A stretch of 64,000 nucleotides of DNA from positions 4,578,448-4,642,447 of the forward strand of contig BDGG01000002.1 of NCBI GenBank assembly GCA_001949185.1, read 5' to 3'. The first letter of the stretch is position 1, and every line of letters starts with the position of its first letter. Of this stretch, positions 40,991 through 60,656 are shown piece after piece. The notes under the pieces were generated by a model. It was not told the origin of the DNA. It was given only the letters and a program-made list of their open reading frames with translations, and ran no database searches. Both the position numbers and the translations under genes were made by a program. The stretch is from Ramazzottius varieornatus. Its lineage: Eukaryota; Animalia; Tardigrada.

Positions 40991-41535
40991 GTTTTTCCTG
41001 TTGTTGTCCTTATCGGAAAGAACTCGAGAAATAGATGGATGGATGCTTTCACGTGTATACCCTTGAACGTAGCCAGTTTAAATGCCGCGTACATAAAGTG
41101 GGACTTGACCATGGACAGATGGCAGAAATTTTTCTTGATGATGCGTGCAATTTTTTTGTCACATAGGTTATAACTGGAGAGGTTCCTCCACTCACTTTCG
41201 CCGCAAACAGTTCTCCCCTTTCCGTAATGCTGATTCGACTTCACGGAAGTTCCTCTTGACCAAAGTCTGAAGGACTCACCCGAGGGCCGCTTTTGATGAA
41301 GTTTTGTGCGTAAATATCAAGCTTTCGGCCTTGAGGTTCTCCGGAAAGGGGAAGCATCAAGCGAGCCCCGGCGATTTTGTGAGAATTTTCTAGTTTTTTA
41401 TTTGTACCGGAAGCCGGGACAAGATGCTGAGATAACGTATTTATCTTGGTCTCCGGTCATTCAAGTTTTGACTAACGACAGAGACACAACATCAACATTC
41501 AGTCGTCTCGTGGCTTTTATTTATTCCGTAGTCCG

Positions 41536-41674
41536 TACACTCGCCTGGCCTGAATGCGGGCATGGACAAAACTGTGGGCAGCGGAGCGAAGTCAAACAAA
41601 TCAATCGGAGCAATGCCGCTGTCGATAGTTGCCCATACTTTTGTCCATGCCCACATTTAGGCCAGGCGCGTGTA
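41536..41674. mobile_element. Palindromic MITE-like element flanked by TA
   Basis: Arms of about 48 bp: tacactcgcctggcctgaatgcggggcatggacaaaactgtgggcagc and gttgcccatacttttgtccatgcccacatttaggccaggcgcgtgta. Confidence 0.7.
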
Positions 41675-42849
41675 CCGGTATTATGCATCATAAATGCTTA
41701 TGGGTGCCTGGTCGACTGTCAACTAGCCGGAACTACTGTAAACAACCGTTGCGTAGTCGAAGAAAAAGTTGTCAAGTGTTGGCGATTGACGGGGACCGAA
41801 AGAGATTTATGCTGCTGAGGTCCAATCAAGCCGGCCTGTTCCGTTCCCGTCCAATCAGAAGAACTCTTTCTTGCTGTCAGCCCAGCAAAGCGTGGTTATG
41901 GACCTTCGGTTTTGATGGCCGATTAAGCGAACCCAGGGTTTCCGCCACCAGGGTAATCAAAGACCATGAAGCCAGCTCGTGGCCAATCGGAAGTGCAAAG
42001 GTGGTCCGTCAAGCAGCTCATAATTGTTATTATGGATGATAGACTGCACATTGGCACTGCAGCTGAAACTTCCAAGACGAAACAAATGCAACTTTTCGCA
42101 CGCTTTTATCATTCACTTCCACCGTGACGATACTTTCGTCTAATTAATATTATTTTATTGAACTTTATTGCATTTTTGCAGACACGAGCCATGCAAAAAG
42201 AGCAAGCCATAATAGTTCGTGTCAGCTTGATATTCTAAACTTATTGGCAAGAAACCATTCGGACCGGAAACTGTCACACAGTTCTGTACACGAGAGAAAA
42301 CAGTTGTACTAGTAATTACTGACATCAGTCACATGAGGCGCAAATTAAATCATAGCAAAAAAGGCAACTTCTGGTTTTCTTTGTATGACTTTATAATATT
42401 AGGGAGAAAACTGGTAGACAGAATCAATACGAAACTGATCAGCATCCCATCCATCAGTGCTTTGCCGACTGTCTTGAGCAAACGGAAAACCTGAGGGACT
42501 GAGTTCTCTGGTCGGCTTCACGAGCGTCGTGAGAAACGGCAAGTAAAGGAAAGACAGGTCATTGAACAACTCTTGCAGACTTTGCTTCCTCCTTCATCGA
42601 GGGCTCCTGTGACTTTCAGGACCGGACTTTGGAACGAAGCAAGTCGTTTGGCAGGTTAACACGGCGGTAAACAGTGACGACCCATAAAACATGCGTCGAA
42701 GATAAGCGACAGCGGGACAATTAACGACTTGCTCAACGTTGGCTCGAGTCAAGTTCAATGCCGCCGACATACTTTGGCGCCAAGAAAGAAGAGAAGAAAC
42801 TTTCTCGTAATTGATTAGTCTGTACACGGAGAAACCTTCTCTTCGCTCA

Positions 42850-44412
42850 TCACCAGTATGGTTGATGGATATCGAGATGGTTCCAACTCGCAAACTGACT
42901 CCACGCTTCCTGGATATTTATAGTGTAGGCATCGTTGTGCTTCTCCAGGGACTTACGATGCTGCGACTGACTGGTAATCAGCTGGTAATTACGGCCGGAA
43001 TTCGAGTCCCAGTGCTCTCTACCGTCCGTCCGGAAGCCGATGCAGAACTCGATAACGTCGTGTTCTTCCGCTTCGGTCGGGATGGTAATTTCGAAGCTGA
43101 ATGTGTCGTACTTGTCCGAACCGTCCGAAGCTTTTGTCGAGAACTTGCAGGGGAATTCAATGAAGGTCTGCCACTTGTTGAAGGTACAGCGGACGAAAAC
43201 GTCCTTCTTGAAAGACACGTTCTTCACCTGCAAAGAATGATAGACAAATTTTCATATGATTATGTTACGTATATGTAATCAAGTCCTTCAGGGGGAAAAA
43301 CCCGCTTCATTAAAGTTCAGTTTAGACTGCAGAGTAGGGCGCAACCGCGCAACCGTTATCACATGAAGGACTGACAAGACACTGCCGGGGAAACTACCCT
43401 AGTGAAGCGAGCCGATCGATACGGAAGTAGCGCTAATAAAACGCGCAGACGTCACCCGCAATACCTAAAAATATTATTTTCGCTTATGACGTAATACGCC
43501 AGTCATCCGGGTAACCTATATTTGCATAAAGAGCAATAATCATTGAGCAAGAGGTTAGCTTGGTTTAACTCTCAGCCTAGCTTGTATACATCCTAAACTT
43601 CTCCCAGAAATTTCTGCAGAACATCTGAGTAGGACTGAGAGGATCATATGGAGTGGACTTCCTACCTTGACAGTTCCCATGAAAGAGTCTGGGTTCTGCT
43701 TAACGATAACGTTCTCCAACCCGACAAAATTGGCTTCCAGCTTTTCTCGAAATCCGATGTAATCAGCCGCCGGCTGGCTAAAGTTCACCTGCCATTCCGA
43801 TACTTCAACCATTAAGTCTTCTTCCGTCACATCCGAGCTGCTCTTCCCGAGTATCCAGTCCGATCTGGGTTGAGGTTCCGGCACCCAGATGCGTCCATCC
43901 CATTCATCGCAGATGACTCGTATCTTGGCCAGGTCTCCTCCGGCGTCATCGGCAAACTGCACACGCTTCTTGGCAATGTTAGAGTAGTCGAAGAAATTTT
44001 TCAGGATGGGAGGGTACTTGGTTAGGCTGGAGCGTCGATGATGATGTCCATAGGAATGATAGGGACAACCTTTATCAACTGGCGCAGGATCTTCCATCGA
44101 CTCTTCTTTACGCGGGGGACTTTCTTGAGCAACTTCTTCGAGAGACTCTAGGCGTTCAACACTTCGGTTGCGGCTCTTTGCACTGAGGATTGACTGAGCA
44201 GGTATGGGAGCGGAAGAACACTTGCCCAAGGCCGGTAGCATCGGGACGAAGCCATTGCTGCGAAGGGGAATCGGCCCACGATTGGTAATTCCTCCGCTTT
44301 GTCCAACCTGCAACCCTGAGAAATACTGGGTTAACTGTGATGAAGCCAGTTGCGAAGATGAAGGGGGAAGGTAGCTCAATGTCATCAGATCACTCCTGGA
44401 CGCGGAGGGCAT
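42850..44412 (-). CDS. Protein phosphatase 1 glycogen-targeting regulatory subunit (PPP1R3 family, CBM21)
   Basis: Exons 44412-43666 and 43227-42850. RVxF motif KKRVQFAD; GTVK|VKNVSFKKDVFVRCTF; HWDSNSGRNY. Confidence 0.92.
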
Positions 44413-45475
44413 TTCTTTCACGAGGAGGAAGGAGAAGAAGACACCCGGAAGACTTTGTGGATGCTTTGAGACTGAATGAAATATTCTAAAATAGAATCAA
44501 ACATAACAGCTGATGACGTAGTAAATTCGGATTTTAACGGGCGGAACAATAGCTGGACAAGGGCTAGCAGAAGGGATACCGGAACAGGGAGTAGAACAAC
44601 GCCCCACGTTTCGACCCTTCCCTACTTCTCAGCTTCTGCCTTTCGGTCTGTCCAGAGATGCTGCTGAGGAACCAAAACAAACAACACCCTCTCGGAAAAA
44701 ATCAAAACACAGCTGATTCTAACGAGACAAGATTAGGAAGAGGGCTGCTCTGGAGCGATGTTTGCGAGATCGCTCAGTTAGTAGAATGGTGTCTCGCGTC
44801 TGCCGGATTGAGTCCGATAGATCGAAAGTTAGTCTGTCGACGGTGAAGACGGCTATGGGCTTTTCAAACCGTGACTTCTTGATCGATCACGATACACGAG
44901 CATGGGCATATCGTGCTGGGTGAATGCCTGTTCGGCTGTTCTGGTAGCTACCACCGCTACCAGCTGACTGTTCTCCTCGTTATCTCGCGTACGTGTTACC
45001 GGTACCTCCTCAAGGACGGTCATAAATACGCAACAGCATGCACAGTGCGTGGTACAGTACCAAGATCACTGGGCGTATATTCATCGTGTACGACAACCGG
45101 AAGGCGCATGTGATGACGGGATGTGCTGCTTTAGAACAGCGTGCTCCTGCACTAGCTGACACCTAGTCCAAGTACCATCATCCCCATCATGCTTTTCTGG
45201 ATGAAGCAATTTTCAAGTGGTCGAGAGACCGTGGTTAAGTTACCAACGAAAAGTTGAGGCTCTCGAGTCTGGTTAGAAACGACGTTATGCGGTTCAAAGT
45301 TCCGAGTGTATTTCAAGGGCAAGGAGCCAAGTGTCTTTGTTGAGAGTTAAACTACCGAGCGCGTTCGGTTAACGCAGATGTCGCATATCGTTAATAGGAA
45401 TACAGAATTATGCGCAGAATAAATCTTGCTCTTACTTAGACCGGGTCCTGCTGCTCTCCTCTCGTTCGCTGCGGT

Positions 45476-47534
45476 CTAATCATAATTAACTTTGATCTGT
45501 TTACAGATCTCTTCTATGATTTCAGCGTTCCATATAGAGTCCGCGGCTGTCATCCAAGGGCATTCCAATTTCCCTACAACAGAGCCGTATTCGAGTGCAC
45601 TGTAATTCTTGTACATACACACGTAGTATTGTAAGGGCATCTATTCTATACAGCACGACCCGACAGAATATAACCTGCGGTATCAATCATATCATACCCG
45701 CAAGAATACACTGCCGGACCTCTTCCGCCTCGTATGCCAGTCCCGACGCATTCATGTAATTCATCGGAAACTTCTGGTCGACAAAGGGCAGAACATAATG
45801 GTAATTCTTGTGCGGAGTTTTCATCTCGGTCGGTGCGAGGAAGGGAGCTTTTATCTGTCAACAAGACAGCTCGGTTTATGCCAATACGCCGCCTGTTATT
45901 CACAACCTGATGTCGCATGTGGAGAAAGGAGAGTTTCTTCCATATTCTGAGCCAAAAACCCGACCCGTTGCCCTTCCTAGAATGAACTACAACTGTTTAC
46001 GAGACAAGAAACGTCATGAGAACACACTGCAAAAAGGCATAATCAGCACAATCAATCATCAGGTCTGTTATCTGGTACCCCAGTTTTTCGCCACTTCCCC
46101 TTCTTGTTATTATTCCAGGACGGGCAATGGGTCTACTTTTTTGGCTTAGACTGTGGAGGAAAGTCTCCCCTATCCGCCTGTCATGTTGGTTTGCGGACCA
46201 AAGGCGGCGTATTGGCCTAATCTTCTTGTGAGTATGTGTGTTGGTCACCGTACAGATTGCTGACTACGTTCTACCTCAATATCCCCTTCACTTCCGATTA
46301 TTCGCGCTGAGGATGCGAGTTCCACGGTGACGGAAATAATAAAGTTCGCTAAAGCTCCATCGCTATACTGCAGTGTGATCACGGTTGTCTCATCCACGCC
46401 TAGAAGATCAAGCCACATAAGATTGCTAGTAGTTTTCCCAGGAAGATCTCGAAAGACTGGTCAGATAGAAGCAACTACTGTAAAAGTTTCACCCTTCGAC
46501 AAACCGGAAGTCACATACCATCAGAGTTGAGCGTTGCGCAGGCCCTTACGGCAACGGGTTTTTCATTCTGGAAGACGAGGTTCGCTAATTGCAAAGCATA
46601 GCAGCCAACGTTGACCAGCACTCCCCCACCAAGAGCTCGCTGAGACAGTCCAGGCGCCTCCGGAAAGTTCATTCCGAAATTCGCTATCACTAGATAAGGG
46701 TCTCCGATCGTTCTGTTAGTAACCTCTTGTTTCAGTTGCTGATACGCCGGGAAGCATCTTGACCATATAGCCTATATTTCAATATCATCAATCATATTAG
46801 GCAGTACTGTAGATGGCGCCTACAGTGATGAACTCGTACTTTGATAGCTACGTTTGTTGGCTGTTAGCAGACACAAATTTTCTGCTCCTACCTCCATTAA
46901 TAGCCGGCCTTTCTTCTTGGCAAGATTGAAAAGCTCTACGGTATCTTTCAGATGTAGAGTGAGGGGTTTCTCGCAGACGACGTGCTTGTCATGGTTCAGC
47001 ATAAGCCTGCACATCTTCACGTGCTCTGGATTGACAGTTCCAATGTAGACGACATCTGTAAGAACACCGAAGACAAGTACGAGCTATGATACATCCTTCT
47101 GAATCAACGTAACATCTCAGAACCATCCAGATCTCATTACGGTATCCTACTTTACGGTACGAGGTACCCTACTCACCTATTTCCGGATCCTCCGCTAACT
47201 CCTCGTACGATGCTACCGCCTTTGCAATACCGAACCGGCCTGCAAATTCTTCTGCTCTGTGAACATCTCGAGCTGCCACTGCGATCACCTGAAACAGAGT
47301 TACGTTTTGTGAGGTTAAACGATTGGGAAATCCACACTGAATGCAAAACAAAAACAAAATCGGCGGACGTTCGCCGTGCAGGAGATAGGGCATTACAAAC
47401 GCTTCGTTTCGACCACCAACCTGATGATGTTCAGCCGGTAAGGTGGTCATCGCTGCCACGAAGTCGTTGCTGATGCGTCCAGCTCCGATGATACCCCATC
47501 GGATCTTTCCAACTCCAGCTTCACTCTTTGCCAT
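45476..47534 (-). CDS. DHDH: Dimeric dihydrodiol dehydrogenase / D-xylose dehydrogenase (Gfo/Idh/MocA family)
   Basis: IRWGIIGAGRISNDF, KHVVCEKPL, AIWSRCFP, LGGGVLVNVGCY, GLAYEAEEVRQCILAG. Stop TAG at 45476. Confidence 0.9.
45879..46217. mobile_element. Tourist/PIF-Harbinger-like MITE in a DHDH intron
   Basis: 15-bp perfect inverted repeat gccaatacgccgcct (45880-45894) / aggcggcgtattggc (46202-46216), flanked by TTA and TAA. Confidence 0.6.
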
Positions 47535-48383
47535 AGCGTACGTATACGAACTGGCAGTAGTGGAGTACAATATAGTGCTGTTGATAGTCCTCGCTTCACC
47601 TAAGGAAGAAGATCAATTCAAGTTTTGGTAAACAGTACAACGTTAGATACAACCAATTGCGAAGTACCAAAATACTGCTACGTGTACCTTGCACTTTGTA
47701 GCTAGCTTCCGAACAGTGAGGCACAAACGTTGACACTCCGACACTGTTATCTTCAGCGCGATCCGAACTTGAAAGTATGTAGAATGTCAAGCGTCCTCCA
47801 AACTTCTCCGCGCATCTTCCTCCGAGGCAGCAGACTCATTTGTGCCCGGTGACCAGGGGTAGTTCAAACTTTGAAACGATGTATGTCGGAAAGAGAATGA
47901 TCATGAGCAACAACAACCTGTTGACCCGTGGACGAATTCAAACAGCTTTAAAGACAAAAGTCAGAAGTGCGAGATCAGCTGTTTTCGCATAAACAGAAGC
48001 CCCTTTGGCGCCATCTATCGAAGTCGGCGGGAGGGTGTGACCCCAGTAACGCCTTCCTGTAGGTCCGTCTTCGTAAGAATTGGTAACCAACCAAGATTGT
48101 TCCTTGATATTAGCATAACCAATGAGAAACCCAGCCACGTTACACCTGCCTTGACTACACGTCGCTACTGTGGGCTGATTGCGTGTCTGGTCACCTTGCG
48201 GATGTCAGGCCGGCTTACCATAGAGGAAAATGACGCCAGCGTAGTTTGCTCCGATTTCTTTGGCCATTATTTCTCCGCCAACGTGATTTTCTATCATCTC
48301 TCGAGGTCAGGAATCGTTGGAGCTCCAGTTGCGATCTCGAAGCAGAGCTTGGGAGGCTTGGAAGTCCCTGAACGACTACCAAC

Positions 48384-50786
<2,403 letters not shown>

Positions 50787-51315
50787 TCAATCTACCTCTT
50801 GACGTTTTTTAACTCTTGACCATTCTTTTTTTCGATGGACTTCTACTGGTGTACTCTCTTCTAGTGTGGTCGGTCAGGTTTCTATTTTTACCACTTGTGA
50901 ATGCTCTGAGAGCAAATGTTTGTCAGCGCACTTCGGTTTCACCCACGGTCGATTCGTCGTCGAACCGTGAATATGTAAAGTATCCCCATTAGAGAGAGGC
51001 CCTTCAGATTTCAGAATAATATACGAGCACTGGGCAAAGCTTTTCAGTAAGGCGTGGCCAAATTACGTAATATAGAGCGGGCATCGAGAGAAAACAGTCT
51101 GTTTCGACCAACCAAAATAGTTGTTTTACTGCAAGAGATCGTGCTGATTGGTTGCAATGTGGCTAGTTTTTCTCCCAATGAGCGGTCCATATGTCGTCAT
51201 CTAGCCACGCCTACTGAGAAGCTTTGCCCAGTGCTCATACTTTGTCCTCAGTCATTCGACAAAAACAAAACAAGGATCTTTTTGGTAATTAGGAAAGGTA
51301 CAGGTGTATGGGCTT

Positions 51316-53454
<2,139 letters not shown>

Positions 53455-53836
53455 TTACGGCAGTAAAGTTGAGTTACAGAATGCTCACCTCGCAAGGAAT
53501 CCACACGGCGAAGTTCTGATCGGCGGAGTTAAAATCGAACGAGTTTCAATGCGAAGATGAACAGACGAAGCAGGTACCTCCGTTCGGCACGCCGAAAATT
53601 CAGCAGCGAGCCTGCGGATTCCTTGTCCTTATTCCAGAGCAACCATCACAAATTCTCGATTCCCGAAAGGAGAGACGGCTTAAGTCGGCTTTTTTCCAAT
53701 GAACCTATCTCCATTTTCTCCTTCTGCGAGTTTGCGATAACTTATACATCAGCTAAACGCAATCAAATTTCAGCCTGATCAACCGCTCGCGTCAGGCCTG
53801 AAAAGCCCAACACAACGTCACAAGTCACAAATTTCG

Positions 53837-53925
53837 TGACGTCATCGTTGTAGTTCGCCCCCTTGATACCGAAAATTTTGATGGCATTTTGAGTTCCGGC
53901 TGGAAAGAACCCGACATCTTTTGCT
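53837..53925 (+). promoter_or_regulatory. Putative promoter elements in the RUVBL1/UBA52 divergent gap (CRE palindrome and TCT-like pyrimidine initiator)
   Basis: TGACGTCA at 53837-53844; atcttttgcttc just upstream of a ribosomal protein gene. Confidence 0.3.
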
Positions 53926-53958
53926 TCTCGAGATTGGAACTATTCTCTTTATCTCTAG

Positions 53959-54679
<721 letters not shown>

Positions 54680-55248
54680 ACTCATCTAGAGATCAGACCG
54701 GAAGTTGAGAGCGGAAGTCTTGTGTGTAGCTACTGTTCTACAGTAGATACCCTTTTCTTCGGAGAGCCGTATGTGAGATGATCCTTAGCATTCGAAGTTT
54801 GACGTCGTTCAGTTTCCGCTACGCTATCTGGGCTCGTTGACAGCAAGGATGAATAAAATTTAACGTGGGTTACCACTTCTACGTGACAGTGTGAAAACAT
54901 TCATCCCGATTTTCGGGATTATATTGCAGATTTGCAACGGATTACTGGGGAATGTTTCTTCGCAACTCCGACGCCTCTGTACACATTGGAAAATATAGAC
55001 ACAGGATATCTAAGCAGCCAGCAAACTCACAGCGGTTAAACAAAAGCAGAAATCATAAATATTCGAAGAGCCAACCAATCAGTTTGGACAACGCTCAAAC
55101 ATGACATATTCCGACATTCAGCGTTCAACACTTAGACCGAAAGTGTATTCCAGTACGACGAAGCCCTTTGCAGAAAATATCGAAGTCCTGATAAATATTT
55201 GAGAAAATGAAGGGAAGAATGATCGTGTCAAAACGTAATGAGCTGAAA

Positions 55249-57643
55249 TCAGTCGAGAAGGTGCGATGTTTCTTCCTTCTCTTTTGGCTTCTCTGTTGCC
55301 GCTCTGTTCGAAGCGGTTATGGTCGGCAGGTTGTCCGCGGCAGCCGCACGAGACTCCAAGAAACGATCGAACTCCGAACTGGACAACTGCGGTCGGTCCG
55401 TGCTCGGTTGCAGAGGTTGTGTCTGTGAGGAAAAAGACAAGTTGTGTGACATAAATCGGTAATCGGCACAGACCTGAAGTGGAAAACCTACCTCAGGTTG
55501 AGCTTTCAACCACTTCTCCATCTCTTCCAACTCGTTCGCTTTGGCCGGGAGAACCGGAGGTGCCGGAGCAACTTGTTTCGGGGGTGCGGGATTACCAAGT
55601 CGGGTGGAAGCAAATGCGTCGAAATTCGTGCTGGATTCCGTACCAGCTTGTACGGATGTTGAATTCAAACCTATATATGACATCACCCTCCTCATATAGC
55701 ATCTTTTTTATAAGTTAGTCACGAAAAAATTACGTCAATACGTACTCAAAGATCCCATATCGTGATGCAGATTGTCCACTTTCTCGTTTGACGATATGTC
55801 GATCAAAGTATGCGAGGTTGATTTAGACTGTCCTCCTCGAGGACTAACCGGAAGTGCGGGAGCCACGGGTGGAACTTGTGGAAGAGCCCTCGTTTGAATG
55901 CCGGCTCCTTTTCTCTGGCGTTCATAACGCTCGTAGCGAAGAAACAAGCTGTTCATCTCGTCATTGACAACCAGAAGCTCCCCTACAAGGAAATGAAAAG
56001 GTAATTATATCACATCAGTAATCTTACCGGTAATGCCATATAGCGTACGTATACTAACCTATGACTTCCTCGTTGCTGATGGTGCCCAGAAGCTGTACGA
56101 TACGGTCCTGCATAGTACGGATGGTCTGATGTAAATCCTGAAAACAGAAGCGAACGCCGTGAAGACTTCTGGACTGGACATTGCCGGCGCTCATTAGTAA
56201 GAAAACAGCAGATAAGACGAAAGTAATTACGGCCAGATGGGATACTTACGGTCAGAAGCTGCAAGTCGTCCGGGTCTTCCTGTCCTGGTTTCAGTTCGCC
56301 CAACATTTCGGAAAAGACCTGAAGGTTGCTCTTGACGATATCCACTTCACCTCGCATCTTAGATAGCTGTTCAGGTGTCATCACGACAGGTCCAGCCACT
56401 TGCTGCATCTCACGTCCTTGTGGACTCTGACCGAACTCGCCAGCGTGCATCGAAGGGCTTACCGATTGTGACGGCGGCTGCCGAGGAGTAACTGGCACTG
56501 CCGCTGAAACTGGAGCAGCAGCCACACTCTGTAAAGGAGGGGAAAATACAGGTATCAGAAAAGGAACCGACTTTACGGAGTGGGTGCGCTCGGATGACCG
56601 ACCCGAAAATAATAGATTACTGATATATTGGGAAGTATACAAGTTCAAAATACCGAAAATCTGGTTAGAATCGTTTTTGCTATAGAGAAGGTAGTCACTC
56701 ATAAGAAAGACCTACGTACTCTCTGCGGAGTGATGATCGGAGCCATTGCGTCCATGTCAAGGACTGGAAACTCGACTCCTCTAGCTTTCAACTCGTCGTA
56801 TACCTCGGTCACGCCTCGCAGATCAGACGATGAGCGGAAAGTCTCGGCCCAGCTCTGTAATTAAGTGAGTAGGTAGATACATTGGTGAAGGACCCCAACC
56901 GATTAATTACGTACCTGCACTAATCCGAGAACACGTTCCTGCAGCACGACCGGTGGCTTGTTAGATGGTCCAATGGATTTGACCAGCTCGTTCACAAAGT
57001 CCTTGCTACAGACCAACGACTGAAAACGTCGACTGCAGTTCTTGACAGTCGTTTCCAACACCTGAAAGCTGGTACTGTTATCAAGGTTATACTGAAGAGG
57101 TACAATGTACATGCGATAAAACTATCAGCTGATGTATTCGTCGCGTGTCAAAAATAAACTAAGGGCATTGATGCAAACCAGGGAATTTTCTTACCGTAAT
57201 CAGCAACTGCGCAGCATCGTAATCCTTTGCCTGCATTACCACATGGAGTCTCTTTCGTATGGCACGCGAAGCATCCTTTGCACTGGAAATGAAGAAAAAT
57301 GACTTTCCCATTCCGAACATGGATATTATCAACCAGCCGTAATTAAGAGTTACACAATCCATACTTTTCTTCGCTGTCGTTGATGAGATCACAGATTTCC
57401 ATAAACATGGCCCAGTTTTCGGCTCCCAGTTTGGCATCTGAAGCTTGTTCTACAAAGAGCAGGTATTGGTACTGTAGTTGAAGAATACTTGGATGCATGA
57501 AGCACCATTGAGCGACTATATGGACGCACAGTAATTCGGGATGTAACTTTACCTATTCGATGGCCCACTTCCGTTGCAAAAGGATTTCCGGAGAACAAGT
57601 CCGACACCGAATCCTTTAGTCCTGCTACCGATATCGAACTCAT
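55249..57643 (-). CDS. TOM1: TOM1/TOM1L2-like protein (VHS and GAT domains)
   Basis: GNPFATEVGHRIE...NWAMFMEICDLIN, VLETTVKNC, LKARGVEFP, GAT region EQLSKMRGEVDIVKSNLQVFSEML...LLVVNDEMNSLFLRYERYER, C-terminal SSEFDRFLESRAAAAD. Confidence 0.9.
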
Positions 57644-57959
57644 GATTCGGCTGGAGGTGGTAACAGCATAGAGATGTCCAGTATTCCTGTCCTGTCAAGT
57701 AAAGCTGGGGAAAGAGATGGGCTGTCTGCTGCGCAGGAGGCAATATCTAGAGGTGAATCCGCTTGTCGTCGTCGCGAATGGGGGCCTACCACTGGTTTCT
57801 ATCGATGTTGTTCTGGGCTCCTGAAGACCTAATACAAAAAGTACATCGTCATAATTATGTGGTCACAAAGAAAAGACGAGTCGACGGTGAACGCATGGAA
57901 CTCACCAAAATCAATAAAAGCTTATCTACCCTCAGGAAAACCAAAACAAGTTTCGTTCA

Positions 57960-59600
57960 GACTCATGCACGAGCAGTACAGCACGGAATCTGGCCGCATG
58001 TGCTGTACTGCAGCACAGCTGCAGCGCGTGGACTGACGAAATTTGTGCGGCACAGCACAGCATACAGCGGAAAGCCATAGACTACCGCGCAGATGCACCT
58101 ACCGAAACCCAACAATAATTACAGTTTTTGGGCATTCGAAGGTCAGCCGTCTCAGCTTTGCCGTACTTTAGGGCAACGTTCTCCAGGTTGACTACAGATT
58201 TCACTGACTGAATTACAAACCGCGTCCATACATCGGCGTTCCGCGCAGTTGCACCAGGTCAACGTGTATCTGCAGTACAGCTGCTTAGCCACTGGGCATG
58301 AAAGTTGTACAGCACAGCGCAGCGTACAACGCCCTGGTAATGTGCGCAGCACAGTCACAGCGTACTTTTGGACCTGCGGCCCAGTGCTCTAGCATTAGCT
58401 GCTGAATATGGCCTTGCTTGGCGTTGATTGGCTTGAATGCTGCCGAAACTCATGGTTGATTGGCTGATGGACACTTTTTTTGCGCTGCTGTTTGCTCAGT
58501 GAGCAGTAGTGATGTTCTAATATAGTAATATTTTATTAAAGTAGATGATAGAAGATGGGTTCAGGATCTGCTATAATTAGTAACATGTAGTAAACAGAAC
58601 TGGACACCGAAACCCGATATTAACATTTTAGTAGTTTGAAACCAGAGTCCAATATTTCATTAATATTAAGATGTTTATCACCTGTATTAGAATATATTTT
58701 AATACCCGTAACACTACCGCTGATTCGAAGAGCCGGTTGAATTGCTAAATTCTAATGCGTGTGCGCTGATTAATGGTTATGCGGCGACGACCTATAGCTA
58801 TAGGAAAAGGCAGCGCAGTGTACCGGCTGCACAGTCTCGCTCTGAGTCGCTAGCTCACCTGACGTCAAGCACGTGATTCCCGCAGTGCGCGCATGCTTTC
58901 TCCCAGTGCGCAGTGTGCGCTCCGCCCCATTTCAGAAAACAGTGAGACTGTGGGACTGCCTTTCCGTGTAGCTATAGTACGACCACGCCTTACGAAGTGC
59001 ACCAGATCCTAATGATGTCACCACACCAGCACGGAAGGGCTAATGCAGGTGCATACGCGTACACCATGCACCTACACAGAGCGCGACACACTGAACCGCC
59101 ATGTCGCAGAGTGCAGGTGCACGGTGCAAGCTGTAGTACAGGCATTGATACTGTTTACGACAGTATATCTCATTTGTCCTCCAGCTTGTTAAGTTAGGGA
59201 GCCCTGGGTCGCCGCCGCGAGCAAAACCTACAGTTTTAAACCTACAGTTTTTAACCTACAGTGTTTTTCTAAACGTTTTTGATTCTTCGAGTAGATATTT
59301 AGTAGGCTTCTGCTGACACAGATGCCTCTGATACCGTGTGCTGAGATCTACTGGTGAGCTCTCCGTTATTAAAATATGTTTTAACACCAAACCCACAGGA
59401 GTTCTACTATGGTAATATTTTATTAAATCAGGCAGAGGGTCTACTATAGTAATTGCAAATTATTAAGACTTCAGTGGACAGCGGATGTTTTTTTTATTAT
59501 ATTAAATGCCATAATCACATATTAGCACATCACTAGTGAGCAGCTCATGTGTGTTCAGACTTCGCACGAAGCGAGACCATTCTCATCAATGCCAATGCCA
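57960..59600. repeat. Degenerate repeat-rich intergenic block, probably decayed non-autonomous elements
   Basis: Dense gcacag/cagcgcag motifs, aacctacagt three times at about 59224-59262, and shared segments between about 58490-58800 and 59200-59550. Confidence 0.35.
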
Positions 59601-60656
59601 CAATAAATTATTTCTGACGCCCGCAACCACGTGGTTTCCCGGTCGAAAATAAAGACCAGTTTGTCACGTGCTGCTAAAATTTTCATTTCAAATCCAGCCG
59701 GTATTCACCTCGACTGGCCACTATGGAAGGTGGTGCATTGGTCAGTGTATTCTGTAGCGTCGAACGGAATTTCTAGACTTCCGTATCAAAGAAGACGTGG
59801 AATGTGATGTCCTTGGTTCCGTTCGCCGCAAGGACCACAAGTCATAGATCTAACCAGGTGCCGACGGTTGTTATTTCAGAAAGCAATCCATTCTGGAGGG
59901 CGAGTGGACGGTGCCACCGCGGTATCCTTCAGTTGAATGAGAGGTAACATAGCTTTCACTTCTAGAGAGAATATCGAAACGAGAAGATTCTCGAGAAAAA
60001 CATGGTTAAATAATCAAGAGTAGCATACAACAATTGCACAACCAACTTGCAGACTTTGGAAGAAACATAGGAATTAAGGGTAAAGGTTAAATTCATGTGG
60101 AGAGCTCTCTAACAGATATAAAACCAGAACGACTAAAGTCTTTTTACTAAAAACATTTTGTCGCGTGTGTGTAGAATACCAAAACGGCACTTGGCGTTGT
60201 GGAATCAAAGAAGAGAGAACTGGCAAACAACAAAATGCAAAACAAGGAAATCATGGTTCCCAGCAAAACCGACCGACAAAAGAAAATCTAAAAGTGTCCA
60301 ATACCTCTTGGAGTGTCGCCACGGAGCAGAAAATCATCCCTTTCTGCCACGAACGGGAACTTCATACAAGCCGACTCTAGGAACCGGATAGAGACTGTCT
60401 CTTGGAAGCGAAACTGACGAGTATCTTCATTTGAACTCAATTGAGCAAACCAAAAAACAACTGGAACAATACTTCGGCGGGCCGCCCACTCACATTCCAC
60501 CACCCATAGCATTCATATTCGTAAGGAAATGGTCACCCGTGATAACTGAAATAAAATAAAAGCAAAGATAAACACCCGGTCACAGACGGAAAACGAAATC
60601 AGGCGAAAATCATACAAAATAAAAAACGAAGAAACGAAGAAAATAAGGAACGAAGT

